Assembly (NCBI GenBank): GCA_963802345.1
Contig: CAWDIK010000011.1
Span: 65,757 to 129,756, forward strand
Length of the DNA stretch: 64,000 nucleotides
Reading direction: 5' to 3'
DNA from: Vicinamibacterales bacterium
Lineage (GTDB): Bacteria; Acidobacteriota; Vicinamibacteria; Vicinamibacterales; JAMQPK01
Below the pieces are notes generated by a model. The model saw only the letters and a list, made by a program, of their open reading frames with translations. It ran no database searches and was not told the origin of the DNA. Below are positions 32,654 through 41,114 of the stretch, piece by piece (the first letter of the stretch is position 1; each line of letters begins with the position of its first letter). The translations under genes were made by a program, and so were the position numbers.

Positions 32654-34015
32654 CTACGCCTGACGGGCCCACTTCAGGAGTGTCGCGAAGTTCGGCGGAC
32701 GGCCGTGCATCAACAGGCCGATCTTGAAGACGCGCGACGCGAACCACAGCGCGCCGCCGGCCGCGATGATCCCGACCACGATGGACAGCCATACCTGCCA
32801 CATCGGCGGCGGCGACGTCGACGTCAGGCGCAGCAGCATGGCAAACGCGTTCATCGGCGGGATGAAGCTGACCACCGTGGCGAACAGCGAATTGGGCTCT
32901 CGCGAGATCGGGAACCAGAACAGCCACGGGATCATCATCAGCAGCGTGATTGGCGTCATCAGCGACTGCGCTTCGCGCAGCTCGTTCACCGACGAGCCAA
33001 TCGCCGCCATGAGCGATCCCATCGTCACATACGTGATCAGGAAGAAGATGAACAGATACACGAGCAGCGACGGGTCGATCAGATCCAACATCGCCATCGA
33101 CACCAGGCTGAGAATGCCGATCGAGGAGTACGTGACGAGAATCGTGAGACCGACGGCCATCTGGCCGAGGATTTTTCCGGTCAGCAGCTCGAACGGCGAC
33201 ACCGCCGACAGAATCACCTCCATCGTCCGGCTCGACTTCTCTTCTATCGTCGTCGTCAACAGGTACTGGCCGCTGCTCATGACCGAAATCATCAGCAACA
33301 GCGCAAACCCCATCGGCAGCAGCTGCCCGAAATCCGGTCTCGTCGCCGATTCTCCACTCGCGGTCACGGTGATCGACGCCGGCCGCGCGACAGTGGTCAG
33401 CGCGTCGATCCGCTTCCGATCCAGGCCCGCGGCGCGCACGCGGGCGTCGACGATGGCGTCGGCCGCGCCATTGCGAATCTCGTTTTGAATGCGGATGTCG
33501 AGGTTCCGGCGGACGAACAAATCGTACGCGCCCAATTTGCCCTCGGCATTCGGCGCAACAGCATGCGGGTGAACGACCAGCACCCCGAGCCGCCGAACAC
33601 CGTCGTCTCGCGTGAGCTGCTGCTTCTCTTGTTCCAGTGCACCGGCCGGCGACTCGGTGATTTCGATCGTCGTCGACTCTCCCATCACCGCGCGCTGCGC
33701 CACGGCGCCGCCGGCACCTGATGACGCGGCGCCTCCCATCGGAGTCGATTCCATCGCGCGATTGAACGCGGCCTCTCGCCTCGCGGCCATCGCCTGCGGC
33801 TCCAGGTATCGCCGCACGCCTGGCGTCACTTGCCCCGTTTGATCGATGACGACGAGGCCGCCAGAGACGGCGGGCACACGGTTGTTCATCAAACGTGGGA
33901 ACACCGTGATGATCGCCGTGTAAATCAGCGGGGGCACCATGATGGCGATGATGAAACCCTTCGTGCTCACGGTCGCCAGGAAATCGCGCCTCGCAATGAG
34001 GAAAATCTTGCTCAT
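32654..34015 (-). CDS. ABC-2-type transporter permease (NatB-like)
   Basis: Intact 453-aa ORF. It has an N-terminal TM (MSKIFLIARRDFLATVSTKGFIIAIMVPPLIY), a large extracytoplasmic loop, then five C-terminal TM segments. Its start overlaps the ATPase stop by 4 nt. Confidence 0.8.
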   Translation of the reverse strand: MSKIFLIARRDFLATVSTKGFIIAIMVPPLIYTAIITVFPRLMNNRVPAVSGGLVVIDQTGQVTPGVRRYLEPQAMAARREAAFNRAMESTPMGGAASSGAGGAVAQRAVMGESTTIEITESPAGALEQEKQQLTRDDGVRRLGVLVVHPHAVAPNAEGKLGAYDLFVRRNLDIRIQNEIRNGAADAIVDARVRAAGLDRKRIDALTTVARPASITVTASGESATRPDFGQLLPMGFALLLMISVMSSGQYLLTTTIEEKSSRTMEVILSAVSPFELLTGKILGQMAVGLTILVTYSSIGILSLVSMAMLDLIDPSLLVYLFIFFLITYVTMGSLMAAIGSSVNELREAQSLMTPITLLMMIPWLFWFPISREPNSLFATVVSFIPPMNAFAMLLRLTSTSPPPMWQVWLSIVVGIIAAGGALWFASRVFKIGLLMHGRPPNFATLLKWARQA

Positions 34016-34911
34016 GTCACCAGCCCGATGAAGATGTCCTCGAGGGACGGGCGATGGACTTCGAGACGTGACGGCGGCACGGCCGCGGCGACAGCCCGCA
34101 TGGCGCGCACTGGATCGGCGCCCTCTCGCAAATCGATGCGATACGTGCCTCCGTCGCGCGTGATCTTGTCCACGCCGTCGAGCGCGGCCAACGCACTGGC
34201 ATCGGCCCCGCGCTCGAAGGGCTCGAAGATGAGCGCGCGCGGATCGTGACGCCGCTGCACCGACACGAGGTCTTCGTCGAGCACCTTGCGTCCCTGGTGA
34301 AGCATGACGATGTGGTCGCAGATCTCCTCGGCGTGCACCATCACGTGCGTCGAGAAGATGATGGTCGCGCCTCTGCGATGCTCGGCGAGTATCAGCTCGC
34401 GCAGCAGCCGCATGTTCACAGGGTCGAGTCCGCTGAAGGGCTCGTCAAGAATCAGCAGATCGGGCGCATGCAGCACCGCGGCAATGAGCTGCACTTTCTG
34501 CAGCATGCCCTTCGAGAGCTCTTCGCACTTCTTGTCCTGCACGCCTGCGAGGTTCAAGCGCTCGAGCCACGCCGCCGCGCGCTCAGGCGAGAAGTCCTTT
34601 ACTCCCTTTAAGCGCGCCATATACATGAGGAAGGCGCCGACTTTCATCTTTCGATAGACGCCGCGCTCTTCCGGCAGGTAGCCGATCCGATCCTTGGCTT
34701 CGATCGCGCCCGGCCGCCCCAGCACCGACAGCTCGCCGCGATCGGGAAACAGGATCGACATGATCATCCGCAGCGTCGTCGTCTTGCCGGCGCCATTGGG
34801 TCCAATGAAGCCGTACAACGCGCCCACGGGTACCGCGAGGTCGAGGCTGTCGACCGCGACGGTCGAACCGAACGTCTTTGTCACGCCGGAGAGCGAGATG
34901 GCGAGACTCAC
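34012..34911 (-). CDS. ABC transporter ATP-binding protein (NatA-like)
   Basis: Intact ORF. Walker A is GPNGAGKTT, the signature is LSKGMLQKV and Walker B is LLILDEPFSGLD. Confidence 0.9.
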   Translation of the reverse strand: MSLAISLSGVTKTFGSTVAVDSLDLAVPVGALYGFIGPNGAGKTTTLRMIMSILFPDRGELSVLGRPGAIEAKDRIGYLPEERGVYRKMKVGAFLMYMARLKGVKDFSPERAAAWLERLNLAGVQDKKCEELSKGMLQKVQLIAAVLHAPDLLILDEPFSGLDPVNMRLLRELILAEHRRGATIIFSTHVMVHAEEICDHIVMLHQGRKVLDEDLVSVQRRHDPRALIFEPFERGADASALAALDGVDKITRDGGTYRIDLREGADPVRAMRAVAAAVPPSRLEVHRPSLEDIFIGLVT

Positions 34912-34951
34912 AGTGCCGTCAGCTCCGGAACACGAAATACACGGCGCCCAT

Positions 34952-35401
34952 CTACGTCAGCGTCTTCCTGAAGGCGTTTTGTGTTTTTGCCAACTTGTAT
35001 CCGAGATGCTCGTAGAAGCCCCGTGCCTCGGTCCGGCGCTGGTTCGATCCTACCGCCATCGCGCGAAGCCCCCGCCGCAGCGCCCACTCCTCAGCGGCTT
35101 CGACCAGACGGCGACCAACGCCGGTTCCGCGCGCGCTTTCGCCGACCACGAGTCCCCAGATCTCGGCACGCGCGTCGCATTCCAGCAGATGCGTGGCCTG
35201 AACGTGAACCCATCCGACCACGACGTTCCGGGCGTCATGCGCGACGAACAGGCTCGCATCCGGTCGATTGATGATGAGGCCGTAACGCCGGCGGATCTCG
35301 TCCTCGGTTGAGGGATACCCGAGCTCCGTCGTGAGCTCGGCAACTCTGGCGGCGTCCTCCGGGCGCATCGGTCGAATGGCAACGCTCGTCACGCCGGACA
35401 T
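34952..35401 (-). CDS. GNAT-family N-acetyltransferase
   Basis: The start is taken at M34 of ORF 34952..35500 (MSGVTSVAIRPMRPEDAARVAEL...). The acetyl-CoA motif is ...VVGESARGTGVGRRLVEAAEEWA...FYEHLGY. Confidence 0.8.
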   Translation of the reverse strand: MSGVTSVAIRPMRPEDAARVAELTTELGYPSTEDEIRRRYGLIINRPDASLFVAHDARNVVVGWVHVQATHLLECDARAEIWGLVVGESARGTGVGRRLVEAAEEWALRRGLRAMAVGSNQRRTEARGFYEHLGYKLAKTQNAFRKTLT

Positions 35402-35402
35402 C

Positions 35403-35915
35403 TCACCAGTCCTCGGAGAGGATTGCCCAGCGCTCGTGATCGCGCCAGCGGCCGTTGATCTTGAGGTATCGCGGAGACAATCCCTCGCGGCGGAATCCAA
35501 GTTTCTTTACCAGCGCTTTCGAAGCGCGATTGGCCGGCTGAATGTTGGCCTCGAGGCGATGAAGCTTCGTCACCTGGAAGGCATGGGTGATGACCTGTGC
35601 GAGACCCTCCTTCATCAGCCCGCGGCCGGCGAACGGCACGAACGCATAGTATCCGAGGTACGCGCTGCGAAAGCAGCCGTGCACGATCTCGCTGACGTTG
35701 ACCACGCCGACCAGTCCGCGCGACGCCTCGAGCCAGATGAAGAACGTGATGCCGTGTGGTTCCTGGTGCTTCGACAGGTAGTCGCGATACGCATCGGGGG
35801 TGTTCGGAGGCTGCACCCAGGGATGATGGAGCCTGCGGCTGCGATCGACCGCGGCGAGGAACTCGGGCTCGTCTGTCAGGCTGCCGCGACGAATGAGAAC
35901 CCGTTCGCCAGTCAC
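35403..35915 (-). CDS. GNAT-family N-acetyltransferase (RimJ/RimL-like)
   Basis: The GTG 35915 start overlaps the upstream stop (GTGA). The protein reads ...TGERVLIRRGSLTDEPEFLAAV...LGYYAFVPFAGRGLMKEGL...LHRLEANIQPANRASKALVKKLGFRREG... Confidence 0.8.
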   Translation of the reverse strand: MTGERVLIRRGSLTDEPEFLAAVDRSRRLHHPWVQPPNTPDAYRDYLSKHQEPHGITFFIWLEASRGLVGVVNVSEIVHGCFRSAYLGYYAFVPFAGRGLMKEGLAQVITHAFQVTKLHRLEANIQPANRASKALVKKLGFRREGLSPRYLKINGRWRDHERWAILSEDW

Positions 35916-36466
35916 AGGAAATGCAGTGCAGCCGCAGCGCCGGCGCCGATGATCGCGCCAAGGGCCACCTCGAGCGGCGTGTGACGCTGAAGGACAAGCC
36001 GAGACCACCCGAGCGCCGGCAGCGCAAGCAGCAGCAGGTAGCCAATCGGCGATCGCGCAAGGGCCAACGCGGTTGCCGCGAGCGCCGCAAATGCCATGTG
36101 CAACGAGACTTTGATCCACCGGGTGGCGCCGGCGGACAGCGCCATCATACCGAGCGTCGCAATCACCCCTCGCACCATGAACGACTGCTGACGAATGAGA
36201 ACGACATACGCGAGCAGCGCGACGACTCCCGCTCCGCCGACCACATAGAGGATCGGCCGCTCGCCGCGATTGGATGCGTCGGCGTTTTCCCACTGGCCGC
36301 GCCGGACCTGACGCCACATGAGAACCGCCAGCGGCACGATTGTAAATAGCACGACGGTGCCGACGCTGCGCACGGCTTCTCCTGCCGTCTGCCTCGCTGC
36401 GGCGGCCGCCCGACCATCACTCCTACCATCACGAAGGGATGAAAACGATCGACAGCCATCGCGCAA
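35912..36466 (-). CDS. PAP2-like membrane phosphatase family protein (tentative); start uncertain
   Basis: Hydrophobic ORF with PAP2-like motifs (...KVSLHMAF... and ...WSRLVLQRHTPLEVALG). Confidence 0.5.
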   Translation of the reverse strand: MRDGCRSFSSLRDGRSDGRAAAAARQTAGEAVRSVGTVVLFTIVPLAVLMWRQVRRGQWENADASNRGERPILYVVGGAGVVALLAYVVLIRQQSFMVRGVIATLGMMALSAGATRWIKVSLHMAFAALAATALALARSPIGYLLLLALPALGWSRLVLQRHTPLEVALGAIIGAGAAAALHFL

Positions 36467-36486
36467 TCGTTACATGTCCATTCTGG

Positions 36487-36514
36487 CAATCTATCAATCT
36501 ACCAATCTACCAAT
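36487..36514. repeat. Tandem octamer array (rc ATTGGTAG ATTGGTAG ATTGATAG ATTG)
   Basis: The sequence is caatcta tcaatcta ccaatcta ccaatt. It fills the spacer between the stop at 36515 and the start at 36466 of two co-oriented genes. Confidence 0.85.
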
Positions 36515-37042
36515 TCATGGATGCAGTGGAATCGTGTACGACAGCATCACGATGCCGCTCTTCGGCAGCGTCTCGCACTTATCGAGCTTCATGCCGGTAA
36601 TGCGGGCGCCAGGGGCGAGCAGCTGCACTCCCTGCGACAGCAGCACCGGCATGACGGCGACTTCGACAGTATCGACGAGTCCCGCGTCCGCGAGCGTGCG
36701 AAACATCGATCCCCCGCCGAATAGCCAGATGTCCTTGCCTGGCTGCTGCTTCAGCTCGCGAACGGTATCGGCGGGCGATGTGCTGACGATCCGTACGCCC
36801 GGACGCGGGGGCGCCTGCAGCGTCTTCGAAAACACGATGACGTCCTTGCCGCCGAACATGTCGGCGAACTCTGTCGGCGCCGACACGTCCCACGTCTTGC
36901 GCCCCATGACGAAGGTATCGAACTCGTCGAAAATCGCGGCGAAGTCGATCGCGTCGTCCATGATGATCCAGTCATAGCCGCCATTCGGATCGGCAATGAA
37001 TCCGTCGAGGGTGGCAGCGACGGAATAGCGGACACGGCGCAT
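36515..37042 (-). CDS. Dihydrofolate-reductase-family protein (RibD C-terminal-domain type)
   Basis: Intact ORF: MRRVRYSVAATLDGFIADPNGGYDW...FVMGRKTW...IWLFGGGSMF... Confidence 0.8.
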   Translation of the reverse strand: MRRVRYSVAATLDGFIADPNGGYDWIIMDDAIDFAAIFDEFDTFVMGRKTWDVSAPTEFADMFGGKDVIVFSKTLQAPPRPGVRIVSTSPADTVRELKQQPGKDIWLFGGGSMFRTLADAGLVDTVEVAVMPVLLSQGVQLLAPGARITGMKLDKCETLPKSGIVMLSYTIPLHP

Positions 37043-37158
37043 CGCATACCTCCTGTCTTCTCGCGTCCAGTCAGACCGATGAGCTGCCGGGAGCGCTCAC
37101 GTGTTCGATCGCATCCCATTCGCATGCATGCGCGGCGAAACGCTCGTCGGCTCTTCGC

Positions 37159-37902
37159 TTATCGCCTGCGCGCTTCGACAACGAGCTCATCCCCGTCGCG
37201 TTCGAACGCGCGGCCGTGAAAGTCTCCCGAAATGCGCGGAGGCTCGAACCCGGACTCCTCGAGCAGGCTTGCGATGTCGGACGCGTAGAGGTACGCGAGC
37301 TCGAGATGCATCATGTTGGTCAGCAACAAGGATCCATCGGCCCCAAATTCTTCCGTGCGAATCATCGACTCGAGGCGCTGCCGAACCGTGTTGTAGCGAC
37401 TGGCCTCGGAATAGACGACGAAGCGCCCATCTGGAAGCGTGACGGTCTTGCGCCAGCGCCACACGCCCGCGTACGCGCCGGCGTTGGCCGACATGTATTG
37501 GAGCGAAGGGTGAAACACATTCAAGGCGAGCTCCCCGCCAGGCCGCAGGTGCGCGTGCGCACGCCGCAGAGTCGCCAGTTGATCGTCGCGCGTGATGTTG
37601 TGGAGAAAGGCGCGGAACGGGATGATGACCAGCGCGTACTGCTCGTCGAGTGCGAACGAGCGCATATCGCCTTGATGCACGGTGACGCGACTCTGTGCCT
37701 CGGCGGGCAGCGTCGCGGCCTTCTGCCGCAGTTTGTCGAGCATGCCCGCGTCCAAATCCACCGCCGACACGCGAATGCCCGCTTCGGCGATGGGAATCGT
37801 CACCCGCCCGGTACCCGCGCCCAATTCGAGCACAGGTCCGCCCGACTCGACCGCCTTGCGGCGATACCATTCCACATCGCCCTGAAGCGTGCCGCGATGC
37901 AT
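37159..37902 (-). CDS. Class I SAM-dependent methyltransferase
   Basis: Intact ORF with motif I VLELGAGTGRVTIP...AVDLD. The in-frame upstream sequence ...ITNYNADIYDF before M1 has no canonical start, so the N-terminus may be slightly longer. Confidence 0.8.
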   Translation of the reverse strand: MHRGTLQGDVEWYRRKAVESGGPVLELGAGTGRVTIPIAEAGIRVSAVDLDAGMLDKLRQKAATLPAEAQSRVTVHQGDMRSFALDEQYALVIIPFRAFLHNITRDDQLATLRRAHAHLRPGGELALNVFHPSLQYMSANAGAYAGVWRWRKTVTLPDGRFVVYSEASRYNTVRQRLESMIRTEEFGADGSLLLTNMMHLELAYLYASDIASLLEESGFEPPRISGDFHGRAFERDGDELVVEARRR

Positions 37903-37956
37903 GAAGTCGTAGATGTCGGCGTTGTAGTTTGTGATGGTGGGATTCTACCGCAGGGC

Positions 37957-38020
37957 TCGGACTCGACTTTGGACTCTTGGACTTTGGACTCTTCGGACTC
38001 TTGCTGGACTTCCGTCGACT
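37957..38020. repeat. Tandem 8-9-nt array (CGGACTCGA CTTTGGACTC TTGGACTT TGGACTCTT CGGACTCTTGC TGGACTTCC)
   Basis: Read directly from the sequence. It fills the spacer between the parE stop (38021) and the start of the methyltransferase. Confidence 0.8.
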
Positions 38021-39922
38021 TTACACGTCCAGCTCCTCCGCCTCTTCCGCCCGTTCCATGATGAAGCGGAAGCGCGCGCTGGCGTCCTTTCCCATCAGCT
38101 CGTTGATGACGCGATCGGTGACGATCTGATCCGACACGTCGACCCGCAGCAAACGCCGCGACTTCGGATTCAGCGTCGTCTCCCAGAGAACCTTCGGCAT
38201 CATCTCGCCGAGCCCTTTGAAGCGCGTGATCTCCGGCTTGCCACGGCCGTTGCCGTGCTTCTTCAGAAGCGCATCGCGCTGCGCATCGTCCAGAGCCCAG
38301 AACGTCTCCTTGCCGATGTCGATGCGATAGAGCGGCGGCTGCGCGAGGTACACCTTGCCCTCTTTCAGCAGCTGCGGGATGTGGCGATAGATGAACGTCA
38401 GCAGCAGCGTCGCGATGTGATTGCCGTCCGAGTCGGCGTCGGCCAGGATGATGAGCTTGCCGTAGCGAAGCCGCGACAGGTCGAAGTTCTTCCCAAGACC
38501 GCAGCCGAGCGCCGTGACGAGATCCGACAGCTCTTTGTTCTCGAGCACTTTCGCAAGCGATACGCTCTCGGTATTGAGCACCTTGCCGCGCAGCGGCAGA
38601 ATCGCCTGGCGCGTGCGATCGCGGCCCTGTTTGGCCGACCCTCCGGCGGAATCCCCCTCGACGACGAAGAGCTCCGAGTCGGATCGTCCGGTGCCCGTGC
38701 AGTCGCTGAGCTTTCCTGGAAGATTCAACCGTCCCGACGTCGCGCTTTTGCGGGTGACTTCGGCCTGGGCGGCGCGGCTGGCCTCGCGCGCGCGTGCGGC
38801 GAGAATCGCGCGCGCCACAATCGACTCGGCGAGCGTCCTGTTCGTGTTCAGCCAGTGCTCGAGCGCCGGGCGGACGATCGAATCGACGGCCGACAGTATT
38901 TCGGGGTTGTTCAGCCGATCCTTCGTCTGTCCCTGAAACTGCGGCTCGGCCACGAACACGCTGAGGACGCCGGTCAGCCCTTCGCGGATATCCTCGGCAG
39001 TCAGCGTCACGCCCTTCGGCGACAGGTTGTGCGTGTCGATATAGTTGCGCACCGCCTTGCCCAGGCCCGCGCGCATCCCGTTTTCGTGGGTACCGCCGGA
39101 TCCTGTCGGAATGCCGTTGACGTAGCTGCGGATGTGCTCGTCCGTCCCCTCGGTCCACTGCAGCACGAGATCGACCCGCATGCCGTTCTCCTTCTCGAGT
39201 GAGAAGGCGGCGTCGTGGACGGGCTTGACTCCCCTCTCGCTGACGATCTTCCGCAGGTACGCAAGAAGGCCCTCGGTATGTTCGAACGTCTCCTTCGTGT
39301 GCTCGCTCTCGTCCTCGAAGGCGATCTTGAGGCCTTTGTGCAGGTAGCTCGCGACTTCGAGCCGCTCGCGGATAATCGCCGCCTCGAGCTCGATCTTCGG
39401 GAAAATGCCGGGATCGGGGTGGAAGAAGACCCTGGTGCCGCTGCCGCGCGCCGGTCCCACCTTCTTCGGAGGCCCGAGCGGTTTTCCCTGCTTGAAGCGC
39501 TGCTCCCATTCCGCGCCGTCGCGGCGAACCGTCGCGACGAGCTCTTTCGAAAGGGCATTGACGACGCTGGCGCCGACGCCGTGGAGCCCGCCGGCGGTCT
39601 TGTAGTTGTCGTGGTCGAATTTGCCGCCCGCGTGCAGCACGGTGAAGATGACCTCCAGCGCGCTCTTCTTGCTGGTCGGGTGCTTGTCGATCGGGATACC
39701 GCGCCCATCGTCCTCGATCGTGATCGAAGAGCCGTCCTTGTGAAGGGTCACCCAGATGTTCGAGGCGTGCCCGTTCATCGCCTCGTCTATGGAGTTGTCG
39801 AGGATCTCCCACACGAGATGATGCAGGCCCGCGCTGCCGACCCCTCCGATATACATGCCGGGCCGGCGACGCACGGGCTCGAGCCCCTCGAGAACAGTGA
39901 TGTCTTTTGCTGTGTAGGCCAT
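38021..39922 (-). CDS. parE: DNA topoisomerase IV subunit B (ParE-type type IIA topoisomerase ATPase subunit)
   Basis: Intact 633-aa ORF: ...LEGLEPVRRRPGMYIGG...GGLHGVGASVVNALS...EGDSAGGSAKQGRDR.... The ParE-like signatures are QAILPLRGKVLNT and RYGKLIILADADSDGNHIATLLLTF, whereas GyrB has ...IIIMTDADVDGxHIRTLLLTFF. Confidence 0.8.
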   Translation of the reverse strand: MAYTAKDITVLEGLEPVRRRPGMYIGGVGSAGLHHLVWEILDNSIDEAMNGHASNIWVTLHKDGSSITIEDDGRGIPIDKHPTSKKSALEVIFTVLHAGGKFDHDNYKTAGGLHGVGASVVNALSKELVATVRRDGAEWEQRFKQGKPLGPPKKVGPARGSGTRVFFHPDPGIFPKIELEAAIIRERLEVASYLHKGLKIAFEDESEHTKETFEHTEGLLAYLRKIVSERGVKPVHDAAFSLEKENGMRVDLVLQWTEGTDEHIRSYVNGIPTGSGGTHENGMRAGLGKAVRNYIDTHNLSPKGVTLTAEDIREGLTGVLSVFVAEPQFQGQTKDRLNNPEILSAVDSIVRPALEHWLNTNRTLAESIVARAILAARAREASRAAQAEVTRKSATSGRLNLPGKLSDCTGTGRSDSELFVVEGDSAGGSAKQGRDRTRQAILPLRGKVLNTESVSLAKVLENKELSDLVTALGCGLGKNFDLSRLRYGKLIILADADSDGNHIATLLLTFIYRHIPQLLKEGKVYLAQPPLYRIDIGKETFWALDDAQRDALLKKHGNGRGKPEITRFKGLGEMMPKVLWETTLNPKSRRLLRVDVSDQIVTDRVINELMGKDASARFRFIMERAEEAEELDV

Positions 39923-39943
39923 GAACGCCGTACTAACGCTGAT

Positions 39944-39974
39944 CGGGATTAGGGATTCGGGATCGGGAGATTAG
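39944..39974. repeat. Heptamer array CGGGATTA GGGATTC GGGATC GGGAGATTAG
   Basis: Read directly from the sequence. It lies in the divergent spacer between the parE start and the EF-hand gene. Confidence 0.8.
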
Positions 39975-40084
39975 CCCCGCGAGATTGTACCAAACGCGAA
40001 GGCAGAGTACCAGAGTGTCAAATCGGGCACATCGCTTGCACTCAAATGCAGGTAGTGATTCGACCAACACGAAAGGATGCAGCC

Positions 40085-41114
40085 ATGCGATTTCCACTGC
40101 AGATAAGCGTGGCCGTCGTGGTGCTCGCGAGTGCGGCGACTGCCCAGGGTCAGATGCGTTTTCAGGGAATGGACACGAACGGCGACGGCGTCATCACGCG
40201 CCGCGAATGGCGCGGCAACGATAACTCGTTTCGAAATCAGGATTGGAACGGCGACGGCATCCTGTCCGGCGACGAGGTTCGTACCGGAGCGCGCCGGCAG
40301 ACCGGCTGGAGTGAGGACTGGAACCAGGACGGCAGGGTCGACAACCTCGACAACCAGATCGCCCAGCGTTTCCGCGGCTACGACATGAACAGCGATAGCC
40401 GCGTCGGACGCAGCGAGTGGCCCGGCGACGCGCGTCTGTTCACGCGCCTCGACGCGAATCGCGACGGCTACCTCTCAATGCAGGAGTACTCGCAGGGCGG
40501 AGGGTTCACACTCGATTCGCTTGGTGGTGCGTCATACCGGTTCTCCAACATCGACGTCAACGGCGACGGCCTCATCACGCGCAACGAGTGGAACATGAAC
40601 AGCGCCGACTTCAACCGGCTCGACGTGAATCGGGACAATCGCATCAGCCGGTTCGAGTTCGAGAACGACACCGCGGCGTATAACGACTACCGCTACTCGG
40701 CGGCGCAATTCAACGCGTTCGATGCAAATCGCGATGGCTGGCTCACGCGGGCCGAATCCGGCATGCGCACAGGCGAATTCGACCGTCTCGATAGCAACAG
40801 AGACAATCGCGTCAGCCGCTTCGAATTCGAGAATGCGGTCAACCGCATCAGATGCGACGTACGACAGAAACCGCAGCGCCGCGTGGCGCACAGGCTACGA
40901 CCGGGGAATCCAGGAGGGTCGAGCCGCGGGCCGCGAAGATTACACTCGCCGCCAGGGTTGGGATTTGGAGGGCCAGCGCGAGCTCGAGCAGGCGGACTCC
41001 GGATACACACCACAGATGGGCACGTTGAGCGACTATCAGGCCGGTTATCGCGAAGGGTTCAGGAGCGCCTATCGCGCGGGCTTCGCGGAAGCGGGGGGCA
41101 CGCCGCCGCGGTAG
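40085..41114 (+). CDS. Secreted EF-hand repeat (calcium-binding) protein; one frameshift as assembled
   Basis: AAGGA RBS precedes ATG 40085 with signal peptide [22 protein letters not shown]. There are nine DxDxDG-type loops ([60 protein letters not shown] ...). The C-terminal part is in ORF 40722..41114, with the frame change at ~40850. Confidence 0.8.
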